Source: Klebsiella sp. RIT-PI-d (GTDB lineage Bacteria > Pseudomonadota > Gammaproteobacteria > Enterobacterales > Enterobacteriaceae). Taken from it: DNA of 64,000 nt. A model generated the notes under the pieces. That model ran no database searches. It worked only from the letters and a program-made list of their open reading frames with translations, and had not been told where the DNA came from. Of this stretch, positions 35,438 to 44,581 are shown one piece after another (the first letter of the stretch is position 1; every line of letters starts with the position of its first letter). The translations under genes were made by a program, and so were the position numbers. The stretch is taken from the NCBI RefSeq assembly GCF_001187865.1, contig NZ_LGIT01000001.1, positions 42,554 through 106,553 on the forward strand, given 5' to 3'.

Positions 35438-35470
35438 CACCCCCTCTCCCTCAGGGAGAGGGCGGGGGTG
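35438..35470. repeat. Intergenic extended hairpin repeat CACCCCCTCTCCC-tca-GGGAGAGGGCGGGGGTG (CCCTCTCCC family)
   Basis: Long imperfect palindrome in psiE-yjbH spacer; related copy at 58602-58630. Confidence 0.4.
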
Positions 35471-35484
35471 AGGGTGGTCAGAAC

Positions 35485-37581
35485 TCAGCGGAAATTGACG
35501 CTCTTATCGCTGGTCATGCCGTACAGATCAAACTTCCTGCCCAGCATTTGTCCCCCGTCGCGGGTCAGCGGCGTCCAGCCAACCGCGGCGCGGCTGCGGG
35601 TCGGGCCGGATGTGAAGAGATCCAGAGGCACAGAAACGTACACCCCTTTGGTGAAGTCCCCTTCCCCATACTCATCAGCTGACACATTCGTAATGGTCGC
35701 ATACCCGCCCACGACGACGCCGCTGTCGAAGCGTTTGGCAATATCCAGCGTGCCGCCTTTATCCCCGGCAAGATATTGCCCGACGCTCGCCTTCACCAGC
35801 ACATCCTGAGCGAAAGGTGGCGTCCAGTAGGCGGTGAGATGGCCGGTTTTCACGCTGTAATCGGTGAATTTCATCATGTCCTGCGCACTGCGCCAGTCGC
35901 GCTGTTTAACGTAGTTAGCATCCAGTCCCACGGCCCAGTTACTGTCTACCGGACGATACAGCACCTCTCCCCCTGCGCCACCAAACATCGTCTCAAGATA
36001 GCCGCCATAAACCTGCCCATAGACATTATTGCCCAGGTACTGGAAATAGTTGGCCTGCAGGTTATTCACGTAAACGTCATTCGCAACGTATTCACGCACG
36101 CGAGTACGCACACGCGGTAATGTTGAGTCACTCGGTGGATTGGTGTAGTTAAACTTGTCGTAGTTATTCGCCACATTGGCAAACAGGCTACCGGTGGTGA
36201 GCAGATGATCGGTTAACCACAAATCGGCCGTCGCCATCGCGCCAAGCTGATACATGTAGAAGCTTTCCGGTCCGCCGAAGGACTGATTAAGCACCGGATC
36301 GAGATGGAAGTCGAAGCGTGACTTATCAAAATACCAGCCCTGCTCGGTACTCTCAGGCACAATCGGCGTGATGCGCTGCTGAACCAGCGGCGTTTGCTGG
36401 CCCAGCGGCTCCCCTTCCAGATGACGCTTCAGACTGGCGACGTCGGTCTGGGTCGTGACCTGCGGCATATTCAGACGATTTTCAGTCACCCGGATAGTGC
36501 GAATGCCGTCCGGCAGATCGTTCATGATGATGCGGTTAGCGCGTTCGATACCTTCGCGCGAATCGCGATATTTCACCTGCTCGCCGGTAACGTACAACGT
36601 ATCTCCCTTGACCTGAATTTTTGGATCGGTCAGGCCCGCGTTATATTTCAACAGGGTAAGCTGATTCGAGACCACGGAGTGCTGAAGAATGGCATCCTGC
36701 GGTTCGGGATGATACTGCGGCCGGGCATTATCGTTGTAGTGTGGGCGCAAGTCGTTAAAGTTGGTGCGTAATGTCACGCCAAACATTAGCGTATTACCGC
36801 GCTCATAGCTGACATTCACGTCGGCCCAGTCGGTCGCGCGATAAATCGCTCCCACGTTAAATTTACTTTTTTGATCCAGCCGACCGGCAAAGTCCTGCTG
36901 ATAATTATTGCCTTCATATTCCAGCTTCAGACGCAGCGGCTGCCACGGCGTCTGATATTCTACGCCGCCAAACAGGGATGCCGGGCCGCGAAACATCTCA
37001 CCGGTATCGACCGATCCGGCCTGCTTATAGCTGTTATCGCGCTGGCAGTATTTATCGCTCACCGAACACAGCGGATTGCTGACGTTGCCGCTGGTGCCAA
37101 GATAGCCCCAGCCAAGACCCAGTGAGAAATCGAAGGGTCCCCAGGCTTTATTGGCGACCAGATACTCCGCGTCAAAAAGCCCGGTACCGCCAATATCCCG
37201 CGCGCCTGCTGATACCTGCGGTAGCCAGTAGCTCTCTTCCCACAGCCGCAGTTTGACGTCGAAAGCTTTATCTTTATAGGTCTGATCGCCGGAGAACGCC
37301 TCCACAGAGCTGTAGAGTTTTGTCCGCACATCGGTATAACGCAGCGTGGTTTCCAGCCACGGGAAAAGCTGGACTGACGCCGAATAATACCGGTACTGAT
37401 CGTTATCACGATAATTGAGACTTAACTCCCCTTCTCGCGCCATACGTGCGGTAGGGGTTTGTAGTAACCCCACGCCGCCAAAATCAGACTGCGAGGGGCC
37501 GACCGGAGCGGGATACGTTTCTGCGTGGCAGGCTGCGCTCACACTTAATGCCAGCAGGCTGTAAAGACAGGTTTTTTTCAT
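35485..37581 (-). CDS. yjbH: YjbH (698 aa) outer-membrane/exopolysaccharide-associated protein of yjbEFGH operon
   Basis: 698 aa with signal peptide; synteny yjbEFGH next to pgi. Confidence 0.85.
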   Translation of the reverse strand: MKKTCLYSLLALSVSAACHAETYPAPVGPSQSDFGGVGLLQTPTARMAREGELSLNYRDNDQYRYYSASVQLFPWLETTLRYTDVRTKLYSSVEAFSGDQTYKDKAFDVKLRLWEESYWLPQVSAGARDIGGTGLFDAEYLVANKAWGPFDFSLGLGWGYLGTSGNVSNPLCSVSDKYCQRDNSYKQAGSVDTGEMFRGPASLFGGVEYQTPWQPLRLKLEYEGNNYQQDFAGRLDQKSKFNVGAIYRATDWADVNVSYERGNTLMFGVTLRTNFNDLRPHYNDNARPQYHPEPQDAILQHSVVSNQLTLLKYNAGLTDPKIQVKGDTLYVTGEQVKYRDSREGIERANRIIMNDLPDGIRTIRVTENRLNMPQVTTQTDVASLKRHLEGEPLGQQTPLVQQRITPIVPESTEQGWYFDKSRFDFHLDPVLNQSFGGPESFYMYQLGAMATADLWLTDHLLTTGSLFANVANNYDKFNYTNPPSDSTLPRVRTRVREYVANDVYVNNLQANYFQYLGNNVYGQVYGGYLETMFGGAGGEVLYRPVDSNWAVGLDANYVKQRDWRSAQDMMKFTDYSVKTGHLTAYWTPPFAQDVLVKASVGQYLAGDKGGTLDIAKRFDSGVVVGGYATITNVSADEYGEGDFTKGVYVSVPLDLFTSGPTRSRAAVGWTPLTRDGGQMLGRKFDLYGMTSDKSVNFR

Positions 37582-38315
37582 TATTCAGGTACTCGCTGCG
37601 TCAGGGCGCGAACAATGTCGGCATTGAGCTTATCCGGCGTCTGGCTCCATAACGCGTCGGCAAAACCGACATAAATAGTGCTGCCGGGCATCGGCTCGAC
37701 ATGACGATGATTCCAGTACGCCACCGGGACTTTTTGCGTTCTGCCATCGGGATAAATTACCCACGCGTAACTGCGATCGGCACCGCTCAGTAGCGTATTA
37801 GCATCGAGATAGCGGGCAACATCGCGACCGGGCGTAAACGGCATTTTCCCCGGCTGGCTTACCAGACCAAAAACCGTGATCGAGTCCGGGCGCGGTCCGG
37901 CCCACAAGCTGTATTCACCCTGCAGGCGCGGATTGCCGCTGTGACTTACCCGTACGGTATCCGGGTCGAGGTTAATCAATTGTCGCCCGGTGACCGTTAT
38001 CGCTTTCATCTGTTCGCGTAATGCCTCAATAGCACGCCGATCGTTACCGCTTTCTTCACCGGCGACCGCGGTCAGATGCGCTAATAACGCCTGCTGTTGC
38101 TGACGAGCAACGGCTGTGGCCTGCCGCTCGCCGATCGCCGCACCCGGCCACCAGCTATTCGCCAGCTGCGGCTGGGTGACCACGTCGATAAGATGCTCTG
38201 CACCGGTCAGTGTTTTTGCCGGTTGATTCGGCGCAGAGTAGATCTGTACCGTGCCGGCAGCCGCGCAGGTGGAGAGAAGCGTGGCGATTAGCGGCGCAAC
38301 GAAACGTGTTCTCAT
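37581..38315 (-). CDS. yjbG: YjbG (244 aa, signal peptide)
   Basis: Operon position and length; overlapping stop/start with yjbH. Confidence 0.8.
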   Translation of the reverse strand: MRTRFVAPLIATLLSTCAAAGTVQIYSAPNQPAKTLTGAEHLIDVVTQPQLANSWWPGAAIGERQATAVARQQQQALLAHLTAVAGEESGNDRRAIEALREQMKAITVTGRQLINLDPDTVRVSHSGNPRLQGEYSLWAGPRPDSITVFGLVSQPGKMPFTPGRDVARYLDANTLLSGADRSYAWVIYPDGRTQKVPVAYWNHRHVEPMPGSTIYVGFADALWSQTPDKLNADIVRALTQRVPE

Positions 38316-38950
38316 GATTTCGCCGCCTTGATTAACGTGGTTTTAATCGGGAAGAAATCTGCGCCCAAAAACTGTACCGACTGGCGAATTTGCCCTTCGC
38401 TATCAATCCAGTAGCGGTTAGTCCAGCGAGACTGGTCGGTTTCGACCTCTTCATCCAGTACGCGGACCCGCGTACTTTCGCCGCCTACAATGACATTGTC
38501 AGTGCCCTGCCAGTTGAAGGCCGAGCGCGCCGTGGCGTAACGCACCTGGTTATACTCTGTCCAGCCCATAGTGCGGGTCCAGCGCGTACCGTCGGTAATT
38601 TGATTCGGCCTGGCCAGCGGATCGGCTGCGAGATTATTGACCTCCAGCAGGTTATCCCCGCCAAGCAGAGTTTTAACCAGACGCCCGTGCCGGGTGACCA
38701 GCGTAGCCTGATCCTGCGTCACCCATTTCTGCTGCCCGTTTTCGGCGAAAGCGAGCACCACAAATAGCTGTGGGCCATTGTTGAGCTGAACGTACTGACT
38801 GGCATAAGGCATGTTTTGAATTTCATCGTCCGTGAGATGAACCCCAGGTGTACCAAACAGGCTGCTCCACAAAGAGTCTCCCAACCCTTGTGTGGTCGAT
38901 GAACAGGCCTGGAGTAGCAGGCAAATCATAATGAGTGCAGGTCGCTTCAC
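38312..38950 (-). CDS. yjbF: YjbF lipoprotein (212 aa, lipobox LLQAC)
   Basis: Signal peptide + lipobox; operon position. Confidence 0.8.
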   Translation of the reverse strand: MKRPALIMICLLLQACSSTTQGLGDSLWSSLFGTPGVHLTDDEIQNMPYASQYVQLNNGPQLFVVLAFAENGQQKWVTQDQATLVTRHGRLVKTLLGGDNLLEVNNLAADPLARPNQITDGTRWTRTMGWTEYNQVRYATARSAFNWQGTDNVIVGGESTRVRVLDEEVETDQSRWTNRYWIDSEGQIRQSVQFLGADFFPIKTTLIKAAKS

Positions 38951-39015
38951 GACTCTTCTCTCCGGAGGGGCAAAATAACCACACCGAAGTGTGGTTAGGG
39001 TTAATGTACCCGGCG

Positions 39016-39258
39016 TTAGCGGGTACTTGTGGTCGTGGTGGTAGTGGTTCCGGTATTGGAACCATCACCGCCACCCGTTGCCGCCAGCGCGACACCCACA
39101 GCCGAGCTTACCGGGCTAACGCTGCTTGTCGTGGAGCTTCCCACTGAAACAGACGTCGCCGCGGAACCTGCGGCCTCACCGACCTGGACCGGTGCTGCAT
39201 ACGCGGTTGTAGCCGCGCAGGCGGTTATGGCAAAAATGCCATACAGGATTTTATGCAT
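39016..39258 (-). CDS. yjbE: YjbE (80 aa secreted Ser/Thr/Gly-rich protein)
   Basis: [23 protein letters not shown]... with poly-T(thr) tail; first gene of yjbEFGH. Confidence 0.75.
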   Translation of the reverse strand: MHKILYGIFAITACAATTAYAAPVQVGEAAGSAATSVSVGSSTTSSVSPVSSAVGVALAATGGGDGSNTGTTTTTTTSTR

Positions 39259-39550
39259 ATCAATTTCCCTTCATTGAATGAATGGAGGTGCCTGAAATAT
39301 CCAGGCGGGTTCGAGTATACACAACGCGAATTGCGGGGAAATAATGAGGAAATAGCGGATGGTATTAACTTAAATTTGGGAAAAGCACATCGATTAATTA
39401 AAATAACTCTATTAATCAATAAATAACAAAAACGTAAATATACGGTTATTCCTAAAAAAAAAGAATGTGATTACTGATGCAGTAATTATTTTCAGATTAT
39501 GCTCAGCACCCGCATTCTCATATTATTGGCTGCAAGAAGAATCATCTGAT

Positions 39551-39581
39551 AAAAAAATACCGGCATCTCGCCGGTATTTTC
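39551..39581. terminator. pgi terminator, bidirectional (A7-TACCGGC-atctc-GCCGGTA-T5)
   Basis: Perfect 7-bp stem flanked by A-run and T-run 13 nt after pgi stop. Confidence 0.65.
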
Positions 39582-39593
39582 TAATGATATATA

Positions 39594-41243
39594 TTATGCG
39601 CGCCAGGCTTTATAACGATTAATTAAACCGTTAGTGGAGCTGTCGTGGCTATCAACTGCGCTGTCTTCTTTCAACTCAGGCAGGATGCGGTTAGCCAGCT
39701 GTTTACCCAGCTCTACGCCCCACTGATCGAAGGTAAAGATGTTCAGGATTGCGCCCTGAGTAAAGATTTTGTGCTCATACAGTGCGATCAGCGCGCCCAG
39801 ACTGAACGGCGTGATTTCGCGCAGCAGGATAGAGTTGGTCGGGCGATTGCCTTCAAATACTTTGAACGGCACCACGTGCTCCAGCGTCTTCGGATCTTTA
39901 CCCTGATCGGCATATTCCTGTTCAACGACATCACGTGCTTTACCGAATGCCAGCGCTTCAGTCTGCGCAAAGAAGTTCGACAACAGTTTTGGATGATGGT
40001 CGGAAAGCGGATTATGGGTAATAGCCGGGGCGATAAAATCGCAAGGAACCATTTTGGTGCCCTGATGAATCAGCTGATAGAACGCATGTTGACCGTTGGT
40101 ACCCGGCTCACCCCAGATGATTGGGCCAGTCTGGTAATCCACGGCATTGCCGTTACGATCAACGTATTTACCGTTGGATTCCATATTGCCCTGCTGGAAG
40201 TAGGCGGCAAAGCGGTGCATATACTGATCGTAGGGCAGGATCGCTTCGGTTTCAGCGCCAAAGAAATTGTTGTACCAGATACCGATCAGCGCCAGCAATA
40301 CCGGCAGGTTCTGCTCAGGCGCGGTGGAGGCAAAATGCTGATCCATGGCGTGCGCGCCGGACAACAGCTCGACAAAGTTGTCATAACCTACGGACAGGAT
40401 AATCGACAGGCCAATCGCAGACCACAGGGAATAACGACCGCCAACCCAGTCCCAGAATTCGAACATATTGGCGGTATCAATACCGAACTCGCCAACCGCT
40501 TTACCGTTGGTTGACAGCGCCGCAAAATGTTTGGCAACGTGCTTTTCATCGCCCGCCGTTTTCAGGAACCAGTCGCGCGCGCTGTGCGCGTTGGTCATAG
40601 TTTCCTGAGTAGTAAAGGTTTTTGAGGCCACCAGGAATAGCGTACTTTCCGGGTTAACGCCTTTCAGCACTTCAGCAATGTGGGTGCCGTCGACGTTGGA
40701 AACAAAGTGCATATTCAGATGATTTTTGTACGGGCGCAGCGCTTCCGTCACCATGAACGGGCCAAGGTCAGAGCCACCAATACCGATGTTTACAACGTCA
40801 GTAATCGGCTTACCGGTATAGCCTTTCCACTCACCGGAAATAATGGCCTGCGAGAAGGTTTTCATCTTCTCCAGCACCGCGTTCACTTCCGGCATGACAT
40901 CTTTACCGTCAACGATAATCGGCGTGTTACTGCGGTTACGCAAGGCAACGTGCAGCACGGCACGGTCTTCGGTGCGGTTAATTTTTTCACCGGAGAACAT
41001 GGACTTGATAGCACCCGCCAGATCGGTTTCTTTCGCCAGATCCTGAAGTTTTGCCAGCGTTTCTTCGGTAATACGGTTTTTGGAGAAGTCCACCAGCATC
41101 GCATCATTGAACGTTGCGGAGAACGTACTGAAACGATCGGCGTCTTTCGCGAATAGCTCCGCGATCGTCACATCTTTCATTTCATCGTAGTGTTTCTGTA
41201 ATGCCTGCCAGGCAGAAGTCTGCGTCGGATTAATGTTTTTCAT
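39594..41243 (-). CDS. pgi: Glucose-6-phosphate isomerase Pgi (549 aa; start MKNINPTQ)
   Basis: Near-identical to E. coli Pgi. Confidence 0.95.
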   Translation of the reverse strand: MKNINPTQTSAWQALQKHYDEMKDVTIAELFAKDADRFSTFSATFNDAMLVDFSKNRITEETLAKLQDLAKETDLAGAIKSMFSGEKINRTEDRAVLHVALRNRSNTPIIVDGKDVMPEVNAVLEKMKTFSQAIISGEWKGYTGKPITDVVNIGIGGSDLGPFMVTEALRPYKNHLNMHFVSNVDGTHIAEVLKGVNPESTLFLVASKTFTTQETMTNAHSARDWFLKTAGDEKHVAKHFAALSTNGKAVGEFGIDTANMFEFWDWVGGRYSLWSAIGLSIILSVGYDNFVELLSGAHAMDQHFASTAPEQNLPVLLALIGIWYNNFFGAETEAILPYDQYMHRFAAYFQQGNMESNGKYVDRNGNAVDYQTGPIIWGEPGTNGQHAFYQLIHQGTKMVPCDFIAPAITHNPLSDHHPKLLSNFFAQTEALAFGKARDVVEQEYADQGKDPKTLEHVVPFKVFEGNRPTNSILLREITPFSLGALIALYEHKIFTQGAILNIFTFDQWGVELGKQLANRILPELKEDSAVDSHDSSTNGLINRYKAWRA

Positions 41244-41548
41244 GAGCAATACTCTTCAGATATGAGAATTGTAACTGCGGTCGATTGTAGCGCCAGTGAC
41301 GAAAAATTGTGATGGTTTTTATGCCATTGCCCTAACCAGGGGGCAAGAACGGTTAAAAAAGACAGAGAAAGTATAGCCTTTATAAGTGATTTTTCTGATC
41401 GATCGGGCTGCATGAAAAATCCGCATAACCCCAACGTTGACATCATTCGGCACACCTTTTATTTATGGATAAGGTATTTGCACATGGACCGGTGAGAGTT
41501 CTGCCCTTGTGCGGAGGTCGCCTTCCCACTCTCTGACGCGAGGTTGTT

Positions 41549-42910
41549 ATGACTACTGCTGTTTCCCCGTTTGTTGTTGCCAAATTTGGCGGCACCAGCG
41601 TGGCCAATTTTGATGCCATGAACCACAGTGCGGACGTGGTGCTTGCCGATCCCAGCGTTCGCCTGGTCGTGCTGTCCGCCTCTGCAGGCGTCACTAATTT
41701 GCTGGTGGCGCTGGCTGAAGGCCTGGAAGCCGGGGAACGTTTCGTGAAGCTCGACGCCCTGCGTAAAATTCAGTTCGATATTCTTGAGCGCCTGACCCGT
41801 CCCAATATTATTCGCGAAGAGATCGAGCGCCTGCTGGAAAATATTACCACGCTGGCAGAGGCGGCTTCTCTGGCCACCTCTTTGGCGCTAACCGATGAAC
41901 TGGTTAGCCACGGTGAACTGATGTCCACTCTGCTGTTTGTAGAAATCCTGCGCGAACGTCAGGTGCAGGCGCAGTGGTTTGATGTGCGCAAAGTCATGCG
42001 TACCAGCGATCGTTTTGGTCGCGCCGAACCGGACGTTGCGACACTGGCTGAATTAACCGCTCAACTGCTCGCCCCTCGTCTGGAAGAAGGGCTGGCCATC
42101 ACTCAGGGATTTATTGGCAGCGAAGCCAAAGGCCGCACTACCACGCTCGGGCGTGGCGGCAGTGATTACACCGCAGCCCTGCTGGCCGAAGCCCTTCATG
42201 CCACCCGCGTTGATATCTGGACGGATGTCCCCGGCATCTACACCACAGACCCGCGCGTCGTGCCCACCGCCAGACGTATTGATGAAATCGCCTTTGAAGA
42301 AGCGGCCGAAATGGCCACCTTCGGTGCGAAAGTGCTGCATCCGGCGACGCTGCTTCCCGCCGTACGTAGCGATATCCCGGTGTTTGTTGGCTCCAGTAAA
42401 GATCCCAAAGCGGGCGGCACACTGGTCTGTAATAAAACGCAAAATCCGCCGCTGTTCCGGGCGCTGGCGCTGCGACGCAAACAAACGCTGTTAACCCTGC
42501 ACAGCCTGAATATGCTGCATTCTCACGGCTTTCTCGCCGAGCTTTTTGGCATTCTGGCGCGGCATAATATTTCGGTAGATTTGATTACCACCTCAGAAGT
42601 CAGCGTCGCGTTAACACTGGATACCACCGGTTCGACCTCTACCGGCGATACCTTGCTGACGCAGGCATTGCTGACTGAGCTGTCGTCGCTTTGTCGGGTA
42701 GAAGTGGAGGAGGATTTGGCCCTGGTCGCGCTGATTGGCAACAACCTCTCCAAAGCCTGCGGCGTGGGCAAAGAGGTCTTTGGCGTGATGGAGCCGTTTA
42801 ATATCCGCATGATTTGCTATGGCGCATCCAGCTATAACCTGTGCTTCCTGGTACCGGGGAACGAAGCAGAAGAGGTCATCCGCAAATTGCATTACAACTT
42901 ATTTGATTAA
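41549..42910 (+). CDS. lysC: Lysine-sensitive aspartokinase III LysC (453 aa)
   Basis: High identity to E. coli LysC incl. ACT domains. Confidence 0.95.
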   Translation: MTTAVSPFVVAKFGGTSVANFDAMNHSADVVLADPSVRLVVLSASAGVTNLLVALAEGLEAGERFVKLDALRKIQFDILERLTRPNIIREEIERLLENITTLAEAASLATSLALTDELVSHGELMSTLLFVEILRERQVQAQWFDVRKVMRTSDRFGRAEPDVATLAELTAQLLAPRLEEGLAITQGFIGSEAKGRTTTLGRGGSDYTAALLAEALHATRVDIWTDVPGIYTTDPRVVPTARRIDEIAFEEAAEMATFGAKVLHPATLLPAVRSDIPVFVGSSKDPKAGGTLVCNKTQNPPLFRALALRRKQTLLTLHSLNMLHSHGFLAELFGILARHNISVDLITTSEVSVALTLDTTGSTSTGDTLLTQALLTELSSLCRVEVEEDLALVALIGNNLSKACGVGKEVFGVMEPFNIRMICYGASSYNLCFLVPGNEAEEVIRKLHYNLFD

Positions 42911-42919
42911 TCTGCCGCT

Positions 42920-42943
42920 GGCGTATAGCAAGGGCTATACGCC
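42920..42943. terminator. Perfect 10-bp hairpin GGCGTATAGC-aagg-GCTATACGCC between convergent lysC and SPFH gene (no U-tract; possible Rho-dependent/stability element)
   Basis: Seen directly; lacks T-run so not a canonical intrinsic terminator. Confidence 0.4.
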
Positions 42944-42960
42944 ATGTCCGGCACGGTTTA

Positions 42961-44097
42961 TCAGGCTGCGCCGTTGATATTCACCAGGCCGTGCAGCACC
43001 TGATCAAGACCACCGAAGACTGAGATTTTATCAATCCGTTCCGCTACGCGCTCCAGCGTTTCCAGCTCTTTAAGCCGCAATGCGACCGGGTTGCTCTCCA
43101 TCACTTTGGCCGTATTCAACAGCGAACGCGTCGCCGCCGTCTCTTCCCGTCGACGAATAACGTTAGCCTGGGCGGATTTCTCCGCTTCCACCAGTTTAGT
43201 CAGGATAGTTTTCATATCGCCCGGCAGCACGATATCTTTCACGCCCAGCGACGCAACCGTCATCCCAAAAGGTGTCATCCGCTCTGTAACCTGCTGGCTA
43301 ACCACCTCGTCAATCACCTGCTTATCCTCCAGCAGCTCATCCAGCGTTCGCGTTCCCACCGCTTCACGCAGCGCGAACTGTAATTCACGGTAGAGGTGAT
43401 CGACGGGTTTGGTTAACTGGCTGAACGCCTGCAATACATCGCTGTAGCACCAGTTTGCCGCCAGATTAAGGCGTAAATTGACTTTATCGCGGGTCAGAAT
43501 TTCCTGGCCTGACACTTCCAGCACCTGCAAACGTAAATCGACGATCTCTGCCTCTACCAGATGGTTCACTTTCCAGTAAGCAGACAGACCCGGCGATAAT
43601 AACGGGCGGGTTTCACCGTCGATTTTTACCACCCCGGCATGCCAGGCGGGGACATTGACCGTCAGGATATTCTCGCGTCCTTTCACAACATTGTCGCGAT
43701 TTCGGGGTTGCAAAACGGCCTGCATAATATCATCTGGCACCTGGACATTACGCGTATCTATCCGCATCAGGCGCAGGTTATCGCCCTCCTGCCAGAACAG
43801 ACGACGCGAGGCTGGCGGGATAATTTCCAGCAGTACGTTATGCAAATACAGCGCGGCAGCTTCATGTTCGCCGGTATCAGCCACCAGGCAATATTTTTCA
43901 ACCCACTGCGGGTGGAAACGGCGCAGCGTGTCGCTTAAATCGTCAGGCACTTCGTTGCCATCACGCGCAACCAGTGTCACCTCAGGGCGGGTAAACCACG
44001 GCATACGGTGCTCGCCTGTTTCCAGAATCTGATAGTAGTCGCCGTCTTTTGCCAGTAATCCTAACTGGCCGTTACGTATTTTGATTTTTTTATTCAT
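42961..44097 (-). CDS. Cytoplasmic SPFH/band-7 (slipin/flotillin-like) domain protein with ~140-aa N-terminal extension, 378 aa
   Basis: SPFH core and characteristic C-terminal ...AEKSAQANVIRRREETAATRSL...NPVALRLKELETLERVAE motif; no N-terminal TM segment; driven by sigma-54 promoter. Confidence 0.7.
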   Translation of the reverse strand: MNKKIKIRNGQLGLLAKDGDYYQILETGEHRMPWFTRPEVTLVARDGNEVPDDLSDTLRRFHPQWVEKYCLVADTGEHEAAALYLHNVLLEIIPPASRRLFWQEGDNLRLMRIDTRNVQVPDDIMQAVLQPRNRDNVVKGRENILTVNVPAWHAGVVKIDGETRPLLSPGLSAYWKVNHLVEAEIVDLRLQVLEVSGQEILTRDKVNLRLNLAANWCYSDVLQAFSQLTKPVDHLYRELQFALREAVGTRTLDELLEDKQVIDEVVSQQVTERMTPFGMTVASLGVKDIVLPGDMKTILTKLVEAEKSAQANVIRRREETAATRSLLNTAKVMESNPVALRLKELETLERVAERIDKISVFGGLDQVLHGLVNINGAA

Positions 44098-44100
44098 TTT

Positions 44101-44420
44101 AGTGTTCCTTTATCTATCAATGCCGGGGCGGGTGCAGCGGCGAAGTCGTCGGGAAATCGCCACACACTGCCTGACGATTTTGCCGACAACCCGGCAGCAT
44201 TACCGGCTCCGGCCTGAGGCGATCCTGACTGCGGATCGCCGGGTATTACGGATATAAACAACCAGTGTTCACCTGAAGGGCGAATGCGGGAATCGAACCC
44301 GCGTTAACCATTTTTTCGCGTATGTCTTTCCGCTGGCGGAACGCGTCGTGGATAACGGCCTGTGCCGTTCCCGAAGCGCCGGCGGGGCTGATATCCCCTG
44401 CGTAACCCGGCGTGCTGACT
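44101..44420 (-). ncRNA. Candidate structured ~320-nt 5' leader / ncRNA downstream of sigma-54 promoter containing a tRNA T-arm mimic (GCGGG-TTCGATT-CCCGC at 44286-44302) and several GC-rich hairpins (e.g. GGCGATCC-gcagtca-GGATCGCC at 44218-44241)
   Basis: Perfect 5-bp T-stem plus canonical 7-nt T-loop TTCGATT on the minus strand; no matching full tRNA; unusually long GC-rich untranslated region between promoter and ATG. Confidence 0.3.
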
Positions 44421-44430
44421 ATCATGGTAT

Positions 44431-44446
44431 TGCCAGAAGCGTGCCA
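44431..44446 (-). promoter_or_regulatory. Sigma-54 (-24/-12) promoter TGGCACGCTTCTGGCA reading toward the SPFH gene
   Basis: 15/16 match to TGGCACG-N4-TTGCA with GG-N10-GC spacing; divergent from an RtcR-family activator gene as at rtcR-rtcBA. Confidence 0.6.
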
Positions 44447-44581
44447 AAAAGTAATTTCAGCAGGTTTATTTTTTAACTACTTGATAAAATTCGATTTTAT
44501 TCTGACTTAAATTATTGCTTTAAAATAAGAGGAGATGCTGGGATTATCTTTTAAAATCGTTATTTATTTTTAAGGATAGAA

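Noticed and set aside
39645-40514. 289-aa ORF antisense to pgi. Similar long antisense ORFs lie inside uvrA (6631-7098), tyrB (12397-13002), dusA (19033-19845), lamB/malK region (29934-30224), metH (53036-53728), aceK (57334-58101), the rtcR-like gene (45419-45931), yjbH (35776-36771) and yjbB (50069-50660).
   Set aside because: They are fully embedded antisense to well-supported conserved genes in GC-rich DNA where long spurious ORFs are expected. No domain signatures were seen.
44281-44310. Possibility that the T-arm-like sequence is the 3' end of a genuine tRNA gene (island integration site)
   Set aside because: No D-arm, anticodon arm or complementary acceptor 5' strand could be found upstream, and there is no CCA or acceptor match to any E. 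coli tRNA I could recall. It is kept as a tRNA-like or ncRNA candidate rather than annotated as tRNA.
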